Part shown: positions 40,819 to 50,473 of the stretch, piece by piece
How positions within the stretch are numbered: the stretch's first letter is position 1
How the letters are laid out: every line of letters starts with the position of its first letter
IMG/VR virus record: IMGVR_UViG_3300010373_000003
Location: 28,896-92,895 of that record
DNA: 64,000 bases
Reading direction: 5' to 3' (one strand)
Source: a virus
Program-made: the position numbers and the translations under genes
Notes under the pieces: model-generated
Databases searched by the model: none
Seen by the model: only the letters and a program-made list of their open reading frames with translations
Told to the model about the DNA's origin: nothing

Positions 40819-41878
40819 TATTAGTTTCTTTCTTTAATTTATAAATTATAACATCAATATCAATATCAGCACTTTCATTATCTCTACAATAATTCTTTTT
40901 AAAAGTATTAAGCAAAGTAATTACTTTCTTGTTTTTAGCAGCAATTCTAGCAGAAGTAAATTTATCTTTACGATTAGTTACATTATCTTTTTTAAACTTA
41001 GGATGATTCTTAAGAACATCTTTAACACGTTGATTATTAATAACCTCTTTATGATAAGTATCATAAAATTGTATTTTATTATCAACAGTTATAGCTTTAA
41101 TAGGTTTAACTTCTTCATCTGTAAGTCTAGAAACATAACTATAATCTCTAGAATTATAATTAACAGGTTTACGAACAACTACTTTAGACCTGTTATAAGC
41201 TTCTAGTATTTTAGAAGTAGAACGATCTATATCCCAATCATAAGGAACTCGTCTATCTCTATCTAAACTGAGATGCTCAGGATTAATATTATAGGAATAA
41301 TTAAGATTTGGTATATTACATACAAATAAATTACCTGAATAAATATTACCAGTACTTTTGTTATTGTTAATAAGTTGGCCATAATAGTCATCATCAAATA
41401 GTATATCGTCTTTAGTAATAATATTAGAAACAAAAGTATTATATATTTCTCTAGGACAATTAAACGTAGTTTTAAATAGTTTATCATTAAAATCTACAGA
41501 AGTATAAGTAATATGAAATGATTCACCAATAGCAACACTTCTATCAAAACCTCCAATAAGTCTGTAATGATATGTGTCTAAAGCAAAATAATGATTTTCT
41601 CTAGTAAATATAAGAAAAGCAGCTTTAAGACCTTCACCATGATGACCAATTGATTTACCATCTGATTTACTAGTATTACCTAATCTTAGAAACTCTAATG
41701 AATTAGGATTATAATCATTAGAAATGGTAACATTAACAATATTAGGATTAGGAGTATCTTTGACTTTTAAGTCATATTTACCATAATCAATATAATTTTG
41801 AAATACTTCTCTGAGAGCATCTTCTATAGTCCAAGACTCTAGATAATCTCTACCAAAAGCATATTGTACTTTATTCAT
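40799..41878 (-). CDS. GHKL (HATPase-like) ATPase domain protein
   Basis: DALREVFQNYID (N box), LGNTSK, IGHHGEGLK (G2 box). Confidence 0.7.
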   Translation of the reverse strand: MNKVQYAFGRDYLESWTIEDALREVFQNYIDYGKYDLKVKDTPNPNIVNVTISNDYNPNSLEFLRLGNTSKSDGKSIGHHGEGLKAAFLIFTRENHYFALDTYHYRLIGGFDRSVAIGESFHITYTSVDFNDKLFKTTFNCPREIYNTFVSNIITKDDILFDDDYYGQLINNNKSTGNIYSGNLFVCNIPNLNYSYNINPEHLSLDRDRRVPYDWDIDRSTSKILEAYNRSKVVVRKPVNYNSRDYSYVSRLTDEEVKPIKAITVDNKIQFYDTYHKEVINNQRVKDVLKNHPKFKKDNVTNRKDKFTSARIAAKNKKVITLLNTFKKNYCRDNESADIDIDVIIYKLKKETNNERTSK

Positions 41879-41881
41879 AAT

Positions 41882-42115
41882 TTACAATAATATAGTATTA
41901 TTAGGATTATATTTAAGATCTGTAAATACTCTACAAAAATTATGTTTATTCATACAATATCCTTTGTTATCAGCAGTACTTTTATAATAAACACCATTAT
42001 AAAAAGATCCAGTAAAAGGATCTAAGCACTCTACAAAATCAATTAATCTGTAAGTTATATTAGACCTTATATGAGTATAATACATACCTCTTTGAATAGT
42101 ATCTATATCTAACAT
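41882..42115 (-). CDS. small protein, DUF1653-like
   Basis: YYTH....Y.LI......VYY......Y.M....F...F pattern. Confidence 0.4.
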   Translation of the reverse strand: MLDIDTIQRGMYYTHIRSNITYRLIDFVECLDPFTGSFYNGVYYKSTADNKGYCMNKHNFCRVFTDLKYNPNNTILL

Positions 42116-42117
42116 AT

Positions 42118-42450
42118 CTAATCTATAAGTTCTTTAAACCTATTATAAATATGATCAAGTTCTTGTTCATTAACAAGAATACTACCACCTATTCCCATAA
42201 TACGATACTTATCTTTAGTACCATTATGATCTCTTTTAAATAAGAATTCATATACAGGAATAATAATAGTTTCACCTCCTTTAACAATTTCTAAAGCTGA
42301 GTTAAGATCATCTTTAGAAATATCAACAGTATCAACTTCTTTAGTTGTATCCATCTTCTGCATTTCACCAACTTTTTCATCAGTGTTAACAGTTTTACCT
42401 ACTCCTTGAATAGGAGTTACTTTAGTTTTATCAAATTTAAATTGAGTCAT
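42118..42450 (-). CDS. hypothetical protein
   Basis: ATG start MTQFKF immediately after the upstream stop. Confidence 0.55.
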   Translation of the reverse strand: MTQFKFDKTKVTPIQGVGKTVNTDEKVGEMQKMDTTKEVDTVDISKDDLNSALEIVKGGETIIIPVYEFLFKRDHNGTKDKYRIMGIGGSILVNEQELDHIYNRFKELID

Positions 42451-42451
42451 C

Positions 42452-42940
42452 TTAATATTCTTTAACAAATGATAAATTAGCAGGACTATAATTAATAGAT
42501 TTAAGAGTCTTGCCATCAGGTTGACGAACTATAATATAAATAGTTTTATAATCTAAACTATTTACATCATAAATCTCTTTAGCAATATAACCACACTCAA
42601 CACCTTCTCTTTCATACTTAGCAACAGTAAGTTCAGCTTCTTCTTTAGAAATACAAGCTTTACTCATATTAGAACGTTGAACTTCAGCAAATATACTAGG
42701 GAATAAATCAACCATTCCACATTCAACAACAGTACCATCTAAGAAGTATCTAGCATCTGCTAAAGCATCAGCAACCTCTACAATATCTTTATTAGCTAAA
42801 GCTTGTTTTAATTCTTCTAGTTCATCAATTATCCATTGAATCCTAGTAGCAAGTCTTGCTTCATCAATAAGAGTAGGTTTTGTTTCAACAGGATGGTTAA
42901 ACGTTTCATGAAACACTTTAACAGCTTCTAATGTATTCAT
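42452..42940 (-). CDS. MazG-like / PRA-PH nucleoside triphosphate pyrophosphohydrolase
   Basis: V..FHETF, DELEEL, EVADALAD..Y, EVQRSNMSK, DGKTLKS..Y.P. Confidence 0.85.
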   Translation of the reverse strand: MNTLEAVKVFHETFNHPVETKPTLIDEARLATRIQWIIDELEELKQALANKDIVEVADALADARYFLDGTVVECGMVDLFPSIFAEVQRSNMSKACISKEEAELTVAKYEREGVECGYIAKEIYDVNSLDYKTIYIIVRQPDGKTLKSINYSPANLSFVKEY

Positions 42941-42945
42941 ATTAA

Positions 42946-43980
42946 TTATAAAGTTAAAATTAAATTACCAGCAGTCTCTATTTTCTTAGATTTATCTCCA
43001 TAAAGAAGACTATCCATACGCTTAAGACCAACAGCGCTATCTACATTTGAATAGTATCCAGTAATAGCACCATATACTCCCCATCCAGTATCAAGTATTT
43101 CTCTTTGACCGGGACCAGTATAATAGTACTTATTGATCTCATGTATAGTATTAACTTTCTTCATACTAATACCGCTATCTTCAATAGCAGACCAATTCTT
43201 AGCAACAATTTGTTCAATAGTATGACCTGTAACTTTAATAGCTTCAAGTTCAGCATCATTTAAAATAACAGAAGCAAATACACTTTGAGCTTTCTTTTCA
43301 GGATAAGCTCTTTTATACATAGCTTCATAAGATTGACTAACAGCATCTATCCTATCTTTACATATACCAAGTATTTCATTGGCAGTATCTATATTATTAA
43401 GTACAGATTTAGTATGACGGAAAGATACATAATTACTAGTACTAGCAATAGCAGCATTTAGTGTATTTCCACAAATAACTCTAATAGGAGTAAGTAGAAT
43501 TTTAACACCTCCAGTACCATCATGAGTAGTTGTAAATACAAGATAAGTATCTACAGGATCTTGTCCATTAATAAGCATTCCAGTGGGAAGTTTAGCAGAA
43601 ACAAATACTCTTTCTCCATTACCAAAACATCCAGCAGTTTGCCAAATAGCTTTGTTTTTACCTATAGCACCATCAAAGAATTTAAAAGCTTCAACGTTTT
43701 GTACAGGAGTATAACGACCTTTAACAACACCTAATGGTATATTATTATCAGTACGATATACAGAGAAAGCATTAGGACAATCTATATAGAAATCTCCACC
43801 ACGAGTAAATCCATCTTCTCTTTCAGAATCAGATGATTTAGCAGGAGTTTTAGCAACAAGTTCACATTTAGCAACTTCCCAATCTAACTTTGCTGCAATC
43901 ATTACTTCTTCAGCAGTGCGACAATTTTCAACATTAACAACACCTTTAAATGCGAAAGGTATACCTTTAATAAAACTCAT
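42946..43980 (-). CDS. DUF932 (TIGR03299-like) phage/plasmid protein
   Basis: LDWEV, RTD..PLGVV..RY.PVQN.EAF.FFD, TAG..GNGERVF, HDGTG, TPIRVIC.NTL, RHT. Confidence 0.85.
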   Translation of the reverse strand: MSFIKGIPFAFKGVVNVENCRTAEEVMIAAKLDWEVAKCELVAKTPAKSSDSEREDGFTRGGDFYIDCPNAFSVYRTDNNIPLGVVKGRYTPVQNVEAFKFFDGAIGKNKAIWQTAGCFGNGERVFVSAKLPTGMLINGQDPVDTYLVFTTTHDGTGGVKILLTPIRVICGNTLNAAIASTSNYVSFRHTKSVLNNIDTANEILGICKDRIDAVSQSYEAMYKRAYPEKKAQSVFASVILNDAELEAIKVTGHTIEQIVAKNWSAIEDSGISMKKVNTIHEINKYYYTGPGQREILDTGWGVYGAITGYYSNVDSAVGLKRMDSLLYGDKSKKIETAGNLILTL

Positions 43981-43986
43981 ATCTAC

Positions 43987-44730
43987 TTATTTATTTAACT
44001 TGGTATATTTACGAATATCATACGTACCTTTAATAGATTCATCTACTTCGGTAATAACAATATATTTACTTCTAAGAACTTTTAGCATAGGATCTCTAGC
44101 ATCAACAGTATAAATATGATTAGTATTAAAATCATTTATAACATCTTGTATAACACTAACTCCTAGCTTAACAGATGTAAATAAATCTATATCTTTAGAT
44201 CTATTTATATCAATAGTACAATAACTAATATATTCTCCAGTAACAACTCCTCCTTTAGTAATATAAACTTTACCAGTCATAGTCCAATCTGGAGCTGGTA
44301 CAAATTCTTTATTATGATTATGGTCATAAGCTGACTTTACATAACCTATATAAGGACTAATATGAATATATATAGCAATACCTTGATAGACCTCTTTCCT
44401 AATTTGATCATATCTTTTATTAAAATATACTTCAAATTTATCTCCATCAATCACATCACTATCATCCAAATAAAACTCATTATCATCAAAAGTTAAAGGA
44501 GATAAAGGTTTACCTAATATTAAAGTATAAAGATCATTAATATTAGCAGCTATTTCTTTATGATTAAAATAGTTAAAATTAATAATCTCTGCTATACGAA
44601 GTAAAGTATTAAAATTATTTAATACTTTAAGACCTTCTTCACTAGTTTGATCAAGAGAAGCTAATTTAATATTAGCCTCTCTTGCAATTCTAGTAGCAAG
44701 TTCATTCTCGTTATCTAACGTGTCATACAT
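43987..44730 (-). CDS. hypothetical protein, paralogue of 45566..46309
   Basis: KPLSPLTFDDNEF..NKRY..TGKVYITKGGVVTG aligns with the paralogue. Confidence 0.6.
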   Translation of the reverse strand: MYDTLDNENELATRIAREANIKLASLDQTSEEGLKVLNNFNTLLRIAEIINFNYFNHKEIAANINDLYTLILGKPLSPLTFDDNEFYLDDSDVIDGDKFEVYFNKRYDQIRKEVYQGIAIYIHISPYIGYVKSAYDHNHNKEFVPAPDWTMTGKVYITKGGVVTGEYISYCTIDINRSKDIDLFTSVKLGVSVIQDVINDFNTNHIYTVDARDPMLKVLRSKYIVITEVDESIKGTYDIRKYTKLNK

Positions 44731-44731
44731 A

Positions 44732-45553
44732 CTATTTCATTTGTATAGATTCATTTTTAACAATCTTAGCAACAGAAGGATAACTGAATTGTTTATCATT
44801 ACCTTCTGTATTATTAATAGTATCAGCGGTAACAATAACAGATTTCCAATCATCTTTAGCTGTATGATCTCTCATACTAGTATTTATAGGATTTTTAGCA
44901 TAAAGAATTAAAGCATCTTTACCAGTTCTAAACAAATCATAAATAGATTGAGTAGTAGTAATCTCTATTTTAAGAGTAGTAAGATCAGAAAGAGTATAAG
45001 GTATAAATTCACCTTTTAATTCTAAACCAAGTACCTCAGTGTTTTGGGCGTCATGTTCAGCTTTAAGATTAGCATTAACACTATCAAGGATACCTTGTAG
45101 TTCAACATCTTGTCCTGTATATAATACTCCATTATCAACAAGTTCACGTACATATCTTTCAAATTCTCCTATAAGAATTCTAATTCTAGCGTCATTAGTT
45201 TCAACAGATTGACTACCTTTAGTAAATAATCTTACAGTAGGTAGATCAATAAACTTATTAGTCTTACCTTCAGTACCAAACATCTGTACAGCACCAAGCA
45301 TAGCTTTCTTAAGTTGAGTAATTCTAGTCTCCTTAGTTTTAGCTTTAGCTTGAAGTCTCTTAACTTCTTTCTTAACAACATCTACATCTCCATCTAGCGA
45401 AATGATATATTTAACATAGTTGTCAAGCTTAACATTAAGATTCTCTTTAGTAATATTTAATTGAGCATAAGTTTCATCACTTATCTCCCCATCGTTTTCC
45501 TCTATCTCCGCAAAGATACGAAGTAACTCTTCTTCAATATTATATAAACTCAT
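44732..45553 (-). CDS. Siphovirus Gp157-family (Gam-like) protein
   Basis: MSLYNI..E..DGEI..L....E.L..KLDNY..YI..L..D....KKE.KRL..K. Confidence 0.75.
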   Translation of the reverse strand: MSLYNIEEELLRIFAEIEENDGEISDETYAQLNITKENLNVKLDNYVKYIISLDGDVDVVKKEVKRLQAKAKTKETRITQLKKAMLGAVQMFGTEGKTNKFIDLPTVRLFTKGSQSVETNDARIRILIGEFERYVRELVDNGVLYTGQDVELQGILDSVNANLKAEHDAQNTEVLGLELKGEFIPYTLSDLTTLKIEITTTQSIYDLFRTGKDALILYAKNPINTSMRDHTAKDDWKSVIVTADTINNTEGNDKQFSYPSVAKIVKNESIQMK

Positions 45554-45565
45554 ACAAATATTATA

Positions 45566-46309
45566 TTAGTAACCGTAATTATGAGTAAGACGTTTAATAG
45601 GTTGGTTCTTAATATCAGGAACCTCAATATACTCAATATTATAATTAGCAATTATCTCCTGATATTTAAGACTTTTAACATCAACAAACATTAACCAATC
45701 ATCAGAAGTAACTTCAATTTGAGTTACAGGTAGATAAATAATTCCTTTGGGAATATATCCACCTTCTGTATGTTCAGGTTTAACATAACAACGTCTAAAA
45801 GCTTGACCTGTAGCTAAACCAGCTCTACATAGAAAGACAGTACCAGTATAAGTGCCACCATTATGATCTATAACATCTTTTTCATTTATAAACTTACTCT
45901 TAACAACTTGTTTAACAAAAGCATTGACATTATAGATACCTTTATCATCCATAAATATGTGACCATATCTATTATTTTGTTTAACATTAATATCTCTATC
46001 AACTTTATTCCATTCATCATCATTAAGTTTAAGAGCAGATATTATTTTAAAATTAGCAAGTTTACTAAATAGATCAATACCCATACCAGAACTAAACCCA
46101 CTATGACCGAATGTACTAAACAACTTAAGTAATTTAATAGTCTGATCAGCAATAAGTTTATTCATAGAATCTCCTGTATAGAATCCAGCTAAAGTAAGTT
46201 CTCTTGTAGCATGATTAATTGTACCACTTTTCTTACTTAAATGGTCAAGAGCAAAATTTAGCATAAACATTAACACTTTATACCTAAAACGAGCAATAGT
46301 ATTTTTCAT
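45566..46309 (-). CDS. conserved phage protein
   Basis: HA.REL..AG...LL..FS..GHSGFS...F..LA.FK.IS.L...D.EW. Confidence 0.65.
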   Translation of the reverse strand: MKNTIARFRYKVLMFMLNFALDHLSKKSGTINHATRELTLAGFYTGDSMNKLIADQTIKLLKLFSTFGHSGFSSGMGIDLFSKLANFKIISALKLNDDEWNKVDRDINVKQNNRYGHIFMDDKGIYNVNAFVKQVVKSKFINEKDVIDHNGGTYTGTVFLCRAGLATGQAFRRCYVKPEHTEGGYIPKGIIYLPVTQIEVTSDDWLMFVDVKSLKYQEIIANYNIEYIEVPDIKNQPIKRLTHNYGY

Positions 46310-46312
46310 AAT

Positions 46313-46492
46313 TTAATTATAACTGGGTTCAACTGTTTTAACTTTAGTGTGAGTAATCTTACCACAATTATCACATCTATTAATAATTACTAGACCAACA
46401 ACTGTTCCTTTAAGATCAGTTAGATCTATTTCTTTGTGAATATCAGATTTATGTAATCCAATCCAACAAGCAGACTTTTTATTATCTGGCAT
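46313..46492 (-). CDS. 59-aa Zn-ribbon protein, DUF1660-like (not in ORF track)
   Basis: MPDNKKSACWIGLHK...RCDNCGK...; fills the intergenic gap. Confidence 0.6.
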   Translation of the reverse strand: MPDNKKSACWIGLHKSDIHKEIDLTDLKGTVVGLVIINRCDNCGKITHTKVKTVEPSYN

Positions 46493-46504
46493 AATAGTTT
46501 TAAT

Positions 46505-46777
46505 TTAAATTTTAATATTAAACTTAGTATAAACTCTAGAAGCAGGAATATTAGTAGCAACTTTATAATTAAAAGGTTTAACACATTCAATGCAAATACC
46601 TCTTTCATAAACGTTATATCTTACACAAAGCTTTCCTTTACCAATCTTACCATTACTAACAAGTTTAGATTTAACAACATGTTCGCTATTATAAGAATGA
46701 CAAATGTGTACATACTTTTTATAAACCTTACGTTTACTAAAAAGATTAACAATAAAAACAATAATAAAATCAAACAT
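46505..46777 (-). CDS. small Cys/His protein with hydrophobic N-terminus
   Basis: HICH..H and CIEC motifs. Confidence 0.5.
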   Translation of the reverse strand: MFDFIIVFIVNLFSKRKVYKKYVHICHSYNSEHVVKSKLVSNGKIGKGKLCVRYNVYERGICIECVKPFNYKVATNIPASRVYTKFNIKI

Positions 46778-46780
46778 ATC

Positions 46781-47533
46781 TTAATAACATTTAAGCATAT
46801 GATTAGCAAAACCAACAGCTTTATAAAATAGCTGCATTTTAGTACCATTATTCTGAATAGGAAAAGTAGATTTAAAATCAATATCTTCACTATCATGTTT
46901 AGCAACTTGATCAGTACTTTCTCTTCTGATCTCAATGTCTCCCCCGTAGAGGATATGCTTTACTATAGCGTTGTTCTCATTCCTGTATCTTACATCAGGG
47001 ATAATACAAAGACCAGTAGTTTCAGCAATATCAGCAGCTCTATACATAGTAGAATTAATCCAAAGATTATTACCAAGTAGTTTTCTACCAATTTCAGTAC
47101 CAAAATATTGCATAAGAGTACGAAGCCTAATAACAGGAGTTTTACCCTTTCTTTCAATATCTTCAATAATATAATTTAAATTATATTTAACAGTAAGAGA
47201 TTCTATAGTAATACCTACATATTCACTAAAACTAGCTTCAGCTTCTGTAAGAAACCTACGCTGACTAAATGAATACCACTCTACATCTTTCTTATCTCTA
47301 TCGTCAAAATACTTACGAGGAATATTATAAATAATAGACAAACAATCCTTCATAGGATCAGCGAAATGAGTAATACGATGTTCATTAGTTAAATCCCATT
47401 TAACACGATGAGTTAACCAATCTGAATAATTAGCTTTAGCTACACCTTTATAAAAGATATAATTAAGCATAGAAGCAAAAGTATCTTTACCTGAATTAAG
47501 TTGTCCAGATATACCAACAATATAACTTTTCAT
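46781..47533 (-). CDS. deoxynucleoside monophosphate kinase
   Basis: GISGQLNSGKDT P-loop, FADPMK, R.LMQYFGTEIGR, IPDVRY.NE, H.SE. Confidence 0.88.
   Translation of the reverse strand: MKSYIVGISGQLNSGKDTFASMLNYIFYKGVAKANYSDWLTHRVKWDLTNEHRITHFADPMKDCLSIIYNIPRKYFDDRDKKDVEWYSFSQRRFLTEAEASFSEYVGITIESLTVKYNLNYIIEDIERKGKTPVIRLRTLMQYFGTEIGRKLLGNNLWINSTMYRAADIAETTGLCIIPDVRYRNENNAIVKHILYGGDIEIRRESTDQVAKHDSEDIDFKSTFPIQNNGTKMQLFYKAVGFANHMLKCY
46939..46953 (-). repeat. dispersed motif copy 9 (TCCTCTACGGGGGAG)
   Basis: Exact core; encodes ILYGG in the dNMP kinase. Confidence 0.95.
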
Positions 47534-47781
47534 ATAGTGTTTTTAAATTCAATGTTTATCTTTATCATATTCTTTAGTTCAAGAATATTAGTATCAATTA
47601 TAGAATGAAAGTCTTTAATAATGGCAACGTTAACTTCGTTTTTCCAATCTATTCTAGACTCTTGAAAGTAATAACTATCTTTTAGCATTTTAAAATGTAT
47701 TATAACTTCAGAATAAGCAATACATCTATCAGTAGCATTATCTATGTTTTCAATATCACAAATTATATTAAAAAGATCCAT
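47530..47781 (-). CDS. hypothetical protein
   Basis: 83-aa ORF with ATGA-type overlap into the kinase gene. Confidence 0.5.
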   Translation of the reverse strand: MDLFNIICDIENIDNATDRCIAYSEVIIHFKMLKDSYYFQESRIDWKNEVNVAIIKDFHSIIDTNILELKNMIKINIEFKNTI

Positions 47782-47986
47782 ATGTTTATAAGTATTAATT
47801 CAATATATAAATAATTAATTATTATTGTCAAAATATTATTAATTATTATGACTTAATTTAAAGCCATTTAAGACAGCTTTTAGCATTCTGACACTGTTAT
47901 CCATATACTAGCCCATACTATAACACAGGTCACCAAAATGGCATTCAGTGGCAAATCATGGTTCATCCTGACTGGCTACAAACACA

Positions 47987-48017
47987 AATAGGGAGCCACC
48001 ATAAGCAACTCCCTATT
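47987..48017 (-). terminator. Rho-independent terminator
   Basis: On the - strand: AATAGGGAGTTGC-loop-GTGGCTCCCTATT, then TGTGTTT. Confidence 0.7.
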
Positions 48018-48027
48018 CAATATATAG

Positions 48028-48375
48028 TTATTCAATACTATAAACATCATAACCTTCAACAGATTCAATGTACACTACATTAACATTTCCTCTTTCAATT
48101 GATTCTTTGATAACATAATCTAATACTTCTCCTCTAAGTTTAATCTGTACTCTACCATAATCATCAGTATGACAAAGTCTACAGTTAATATCAAACTTCT
48201 CTTTACTTAAAAGAATATAATAATTAACTCCACCTTGACCATCTTCAATAACAGCTTCTACATAATAACGATATTTAGTTTTTAAAGGAATATAAAATAT
48301 ACCTTTTTTATCGTCATAAAAAGGTAGTTTAGGAATCTTTACAGGATTTATAACTTTATACTTATGTATAGCCAT
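48028..48375 (-). CDS. hypothetical protein
   Basis: 115-aa ORF after the ligase. Confidence 0.6.
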   Translation of the reverse strand: MAIHKYKVINPVKIPKLPFYDDKKGIFYIPLKTKYRYYVEAVIEDGQGGVNYYILLSKEKFDINCRLCHTDDYGRVQIKLRGEVLDYVIKESIERGNVNVVYIESVEGYDVYSIE

Positions 48376-48377
48376 AT

Positions 48378-49598
48378 TTAATCCTCCAGTATAATAACAG
48401 TTTTAATGTGAAAAGGAACTTGTTCAACACCGCTTCTTTCTCCATACTCAACAAGAGCTTTTCTGTACATGTATTTATCTTTATTAGCAATAACACTACG
48501 TTGATAATCAAATGATCCATTAACACTAGCTTTAAAAGTAGCATTATTAATATCATTCTTAAGTACTAATAAAGGAAGATCTCTCTTTTCATCTTCAGGT
48601 ACAATATCAACTATAGTAAACTTACCATCAGTCATAGCTTTAAACTTCCACATAGCAGAATTACGTTTACCAAACTGATATTCATCATTAGGATTACGAC
48701 CAACAATGCCTTCAAATCCTAATTTAATAAACTTATTTCTAAGACTTCTAGCAGAACTATCTGAAGTACAAAGATAATCAGGAACTCTAACTAATCTTTC
48801 AGTATTATTAGAGTGGCTACCTTCTTTATTTAAATTAATAGCACAATATCCTATATGTTTATCAAGAGTAGATAGTCTAGCATTTTGAGTCATATTAGCA
48901 ACAGCTATATCATAACACCAGAACTGTAAAAGTTTATTCTTAGGATCTTTAGGGTCTTTAACAAGATGATTTATCTCATTAACAGCATGACCATAAAGAT
49001 ATACTTCTCCATCAAGAATATAATCTTCATTTATCATTAAGTTCAATAAATCAATAGGTAATACTTTAAGTAAATATTCTTCAAGATCACCTAGACTATC
49101 CCAATAGTTACCTTCACGAGATTGAAAGGTTAAAGCAATAGGTTTAAATAAATCACCTTCGTTATTCTTAGCACCAATACCACATCTAAGACCATTAATC
49201 TTAGGTTGAACTATATAAGAACTTTGTTTATTGAATATCTTATTATTCTTATTATCATACAGTTTAGCAAGCATATGAAGCATAGCACCAGTATGACTTT
49301 GTCTATCATAAGGCAGATAAGTATCAAGATAAGCTATTACTTGTGTTTCCTCTACGGGCAAGGTATTGCTATCAGCAACGTCAGCAAGTAACATATATCC
49401 ACTCTTACGTTTAGTATTAACCCGAGACTTTAATTCATCTTCAAGAGTTCTCTTAGTATGGATAATTTCAGAACTAATAGTTTTCCCTAATATCCCATAA
49501 TATAATTCTAAACAATAAGCAGAATTATTAACTCTAGCATACCATACAGTAGGTTGACCTGCATTATTTCTCCTATAAAGAGCTTTATTATAATCCAT
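48378..49598 (-). CDS. lig: ATP-dependent DNA ligase
   Basis: QPKINGLRC (motif I), LDGEVY, FWCYD, GFEGIVGR, MWKFK. Confidence 0.9.
   Translation of the reverse strand: MDYNKALYRRNNAGQPTVWYARVNNSAYCLELYYGILGKTISSEIIHTKRTLEDELKSRVNTKRKSGYMLLADVADSNTLPVEETQVIAYLDTYLPYDRQSHTGAMLHMLAKLYDNKNNKIFNKQSSYIVQPKINGLRCGIGAKNNEGDLFKPIALTFQSREGNYWDSLGDLEEYLLKVLPIDLLNLMINEDYILDGEVYLYGHAVNEINHLVKDPKDPKNKLLQFWCYDIAVANMTQNARLSTLDKHIGYCAINLNKEGSHSNNTERLVRVPDYLCTSDSSARSLRNKFIKLGFEGIVGRNPNDEYQFGKRNSAMWKFKAMTDGKFTIVDIVPEDEKRDLPLLVLKNDINNATFKASVNGSFDYQRSVIANKDKYMYRKALVEYGERSGVEQVPFHIKTVIILED
49348..49363 (+). repeat. dispersed motif copy 10 (TCCTCTACGGGCAAGG)
   Basis: Exact core; encodes LPVEE in the ligase. Confidence 0.95.
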
Positions 49599-50232
49599 CT
49601 TTTTTCTTATTAAAACTAAATGTCATAGCAGACATATTAACTGGTACAACTTTAGATTGTTTAACTTTCTTTTCTTTCTTAGGTTTTAAACCATTAAGGC
49701 TACTAAGCAAGTTAGGATCACTACTATTAATAGTTTCACCAGTTTTACTATTAGAGTAAATATATGCTTCTTCATTAGTAATTAAATCAGTAGTAACTTG
49801 TCTAACAAACTTACCTTTAGTATTAGCTTTTTTAACAATAGCTTTAGTCTTCTCCTTAGTAACATTTAATATTACAGGATTAGCAATTTCAAAATCTACA
49901 TTAATTTGATGAGTTTTAAGTAATTCATCAAACCAATAATTATACTCAATTTGATCATCAACACGAAGTAGATAATAGTAATAATCAGTAATATAACTTT
50001 GATAAGTCATATTACTAGTTTTAATAACTCGTTTACCATCTAGTTCAATAGAACAATCCATATACATAAGTAGATCACTTAATATATAAGGTAATTCATC
50101 TTGATCAAAAGGACAAAGACCTTTCCAGTAACTATATGTTACATTAGGATAACGAATAATAAGTGTACAATTATCTAACTGTACACTTATATCATGAGAA
50201 TCATACTTAATAAAATCAATTGAGTTCATCAT
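49588..50232 (-). CDS. hypothetical protein
   Basis: Likely start MMNSIDF; basic C-terminus ending FSFNKK. Confidence 0.55.
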   Translation of the reverse strand: MMNSIDFIKYDSHDISVQLDNCTLIIRYPNVTYSYWKGLCPFDQDELPYILSDLLMYMDCSIELDGKRVIKTSNMTYQSYITDYYYYLLRVDDQIEYNYWFDELLKTHQINVDFEIANPVILNVTKEKTKAIVKKANTKGKFVRQVTTDLITNEEAYIYSNSKTGETINSSDPNLLSSLNGLKPKKEKKVKQSKVVPVNMSAMTFSFNKKKDGL

Positions 50233-50473
50233 TGCTATTATAATAGTAAACATTACAATCTTTGTCATAATCAAATATAACAACTAGAACTTCTTGATCA
50301 GTATACATAGTATTCTCTATAACTTTATCATAAGTATTCTTTAACTCTTCAAGATTATTACTAGTATTAGAATAACCATTACTGTCTATTTGAACACTTA
50401 TACGATAACGATCTACTTCCTCTAGAAAGAAGATGTTATCTTCGTCCGATAAAGAAGTCATGATAATTATCAT
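50216..50473 (-). CDS. hypothetical protein
   Basis: Acidic 85-aa ORF packed in the operon. Confidence 0.5.
   Translation of the reverse strand: MIIIMTSLSDEDNIFFLEEVDRYRISVQIDSNGYSNTSNNLEELKNTYDKVIENTMYTDQEVLVVIFDYDKDCNVYYYNSNDELN

Noticed and set aside
45497-45515. Possible missing + strand motif partner (TTCCTCTATCTCCGCAAAG) for the 46943 site
   Set aside because: Matches only TCCTCTA; the CGGG core is absent.
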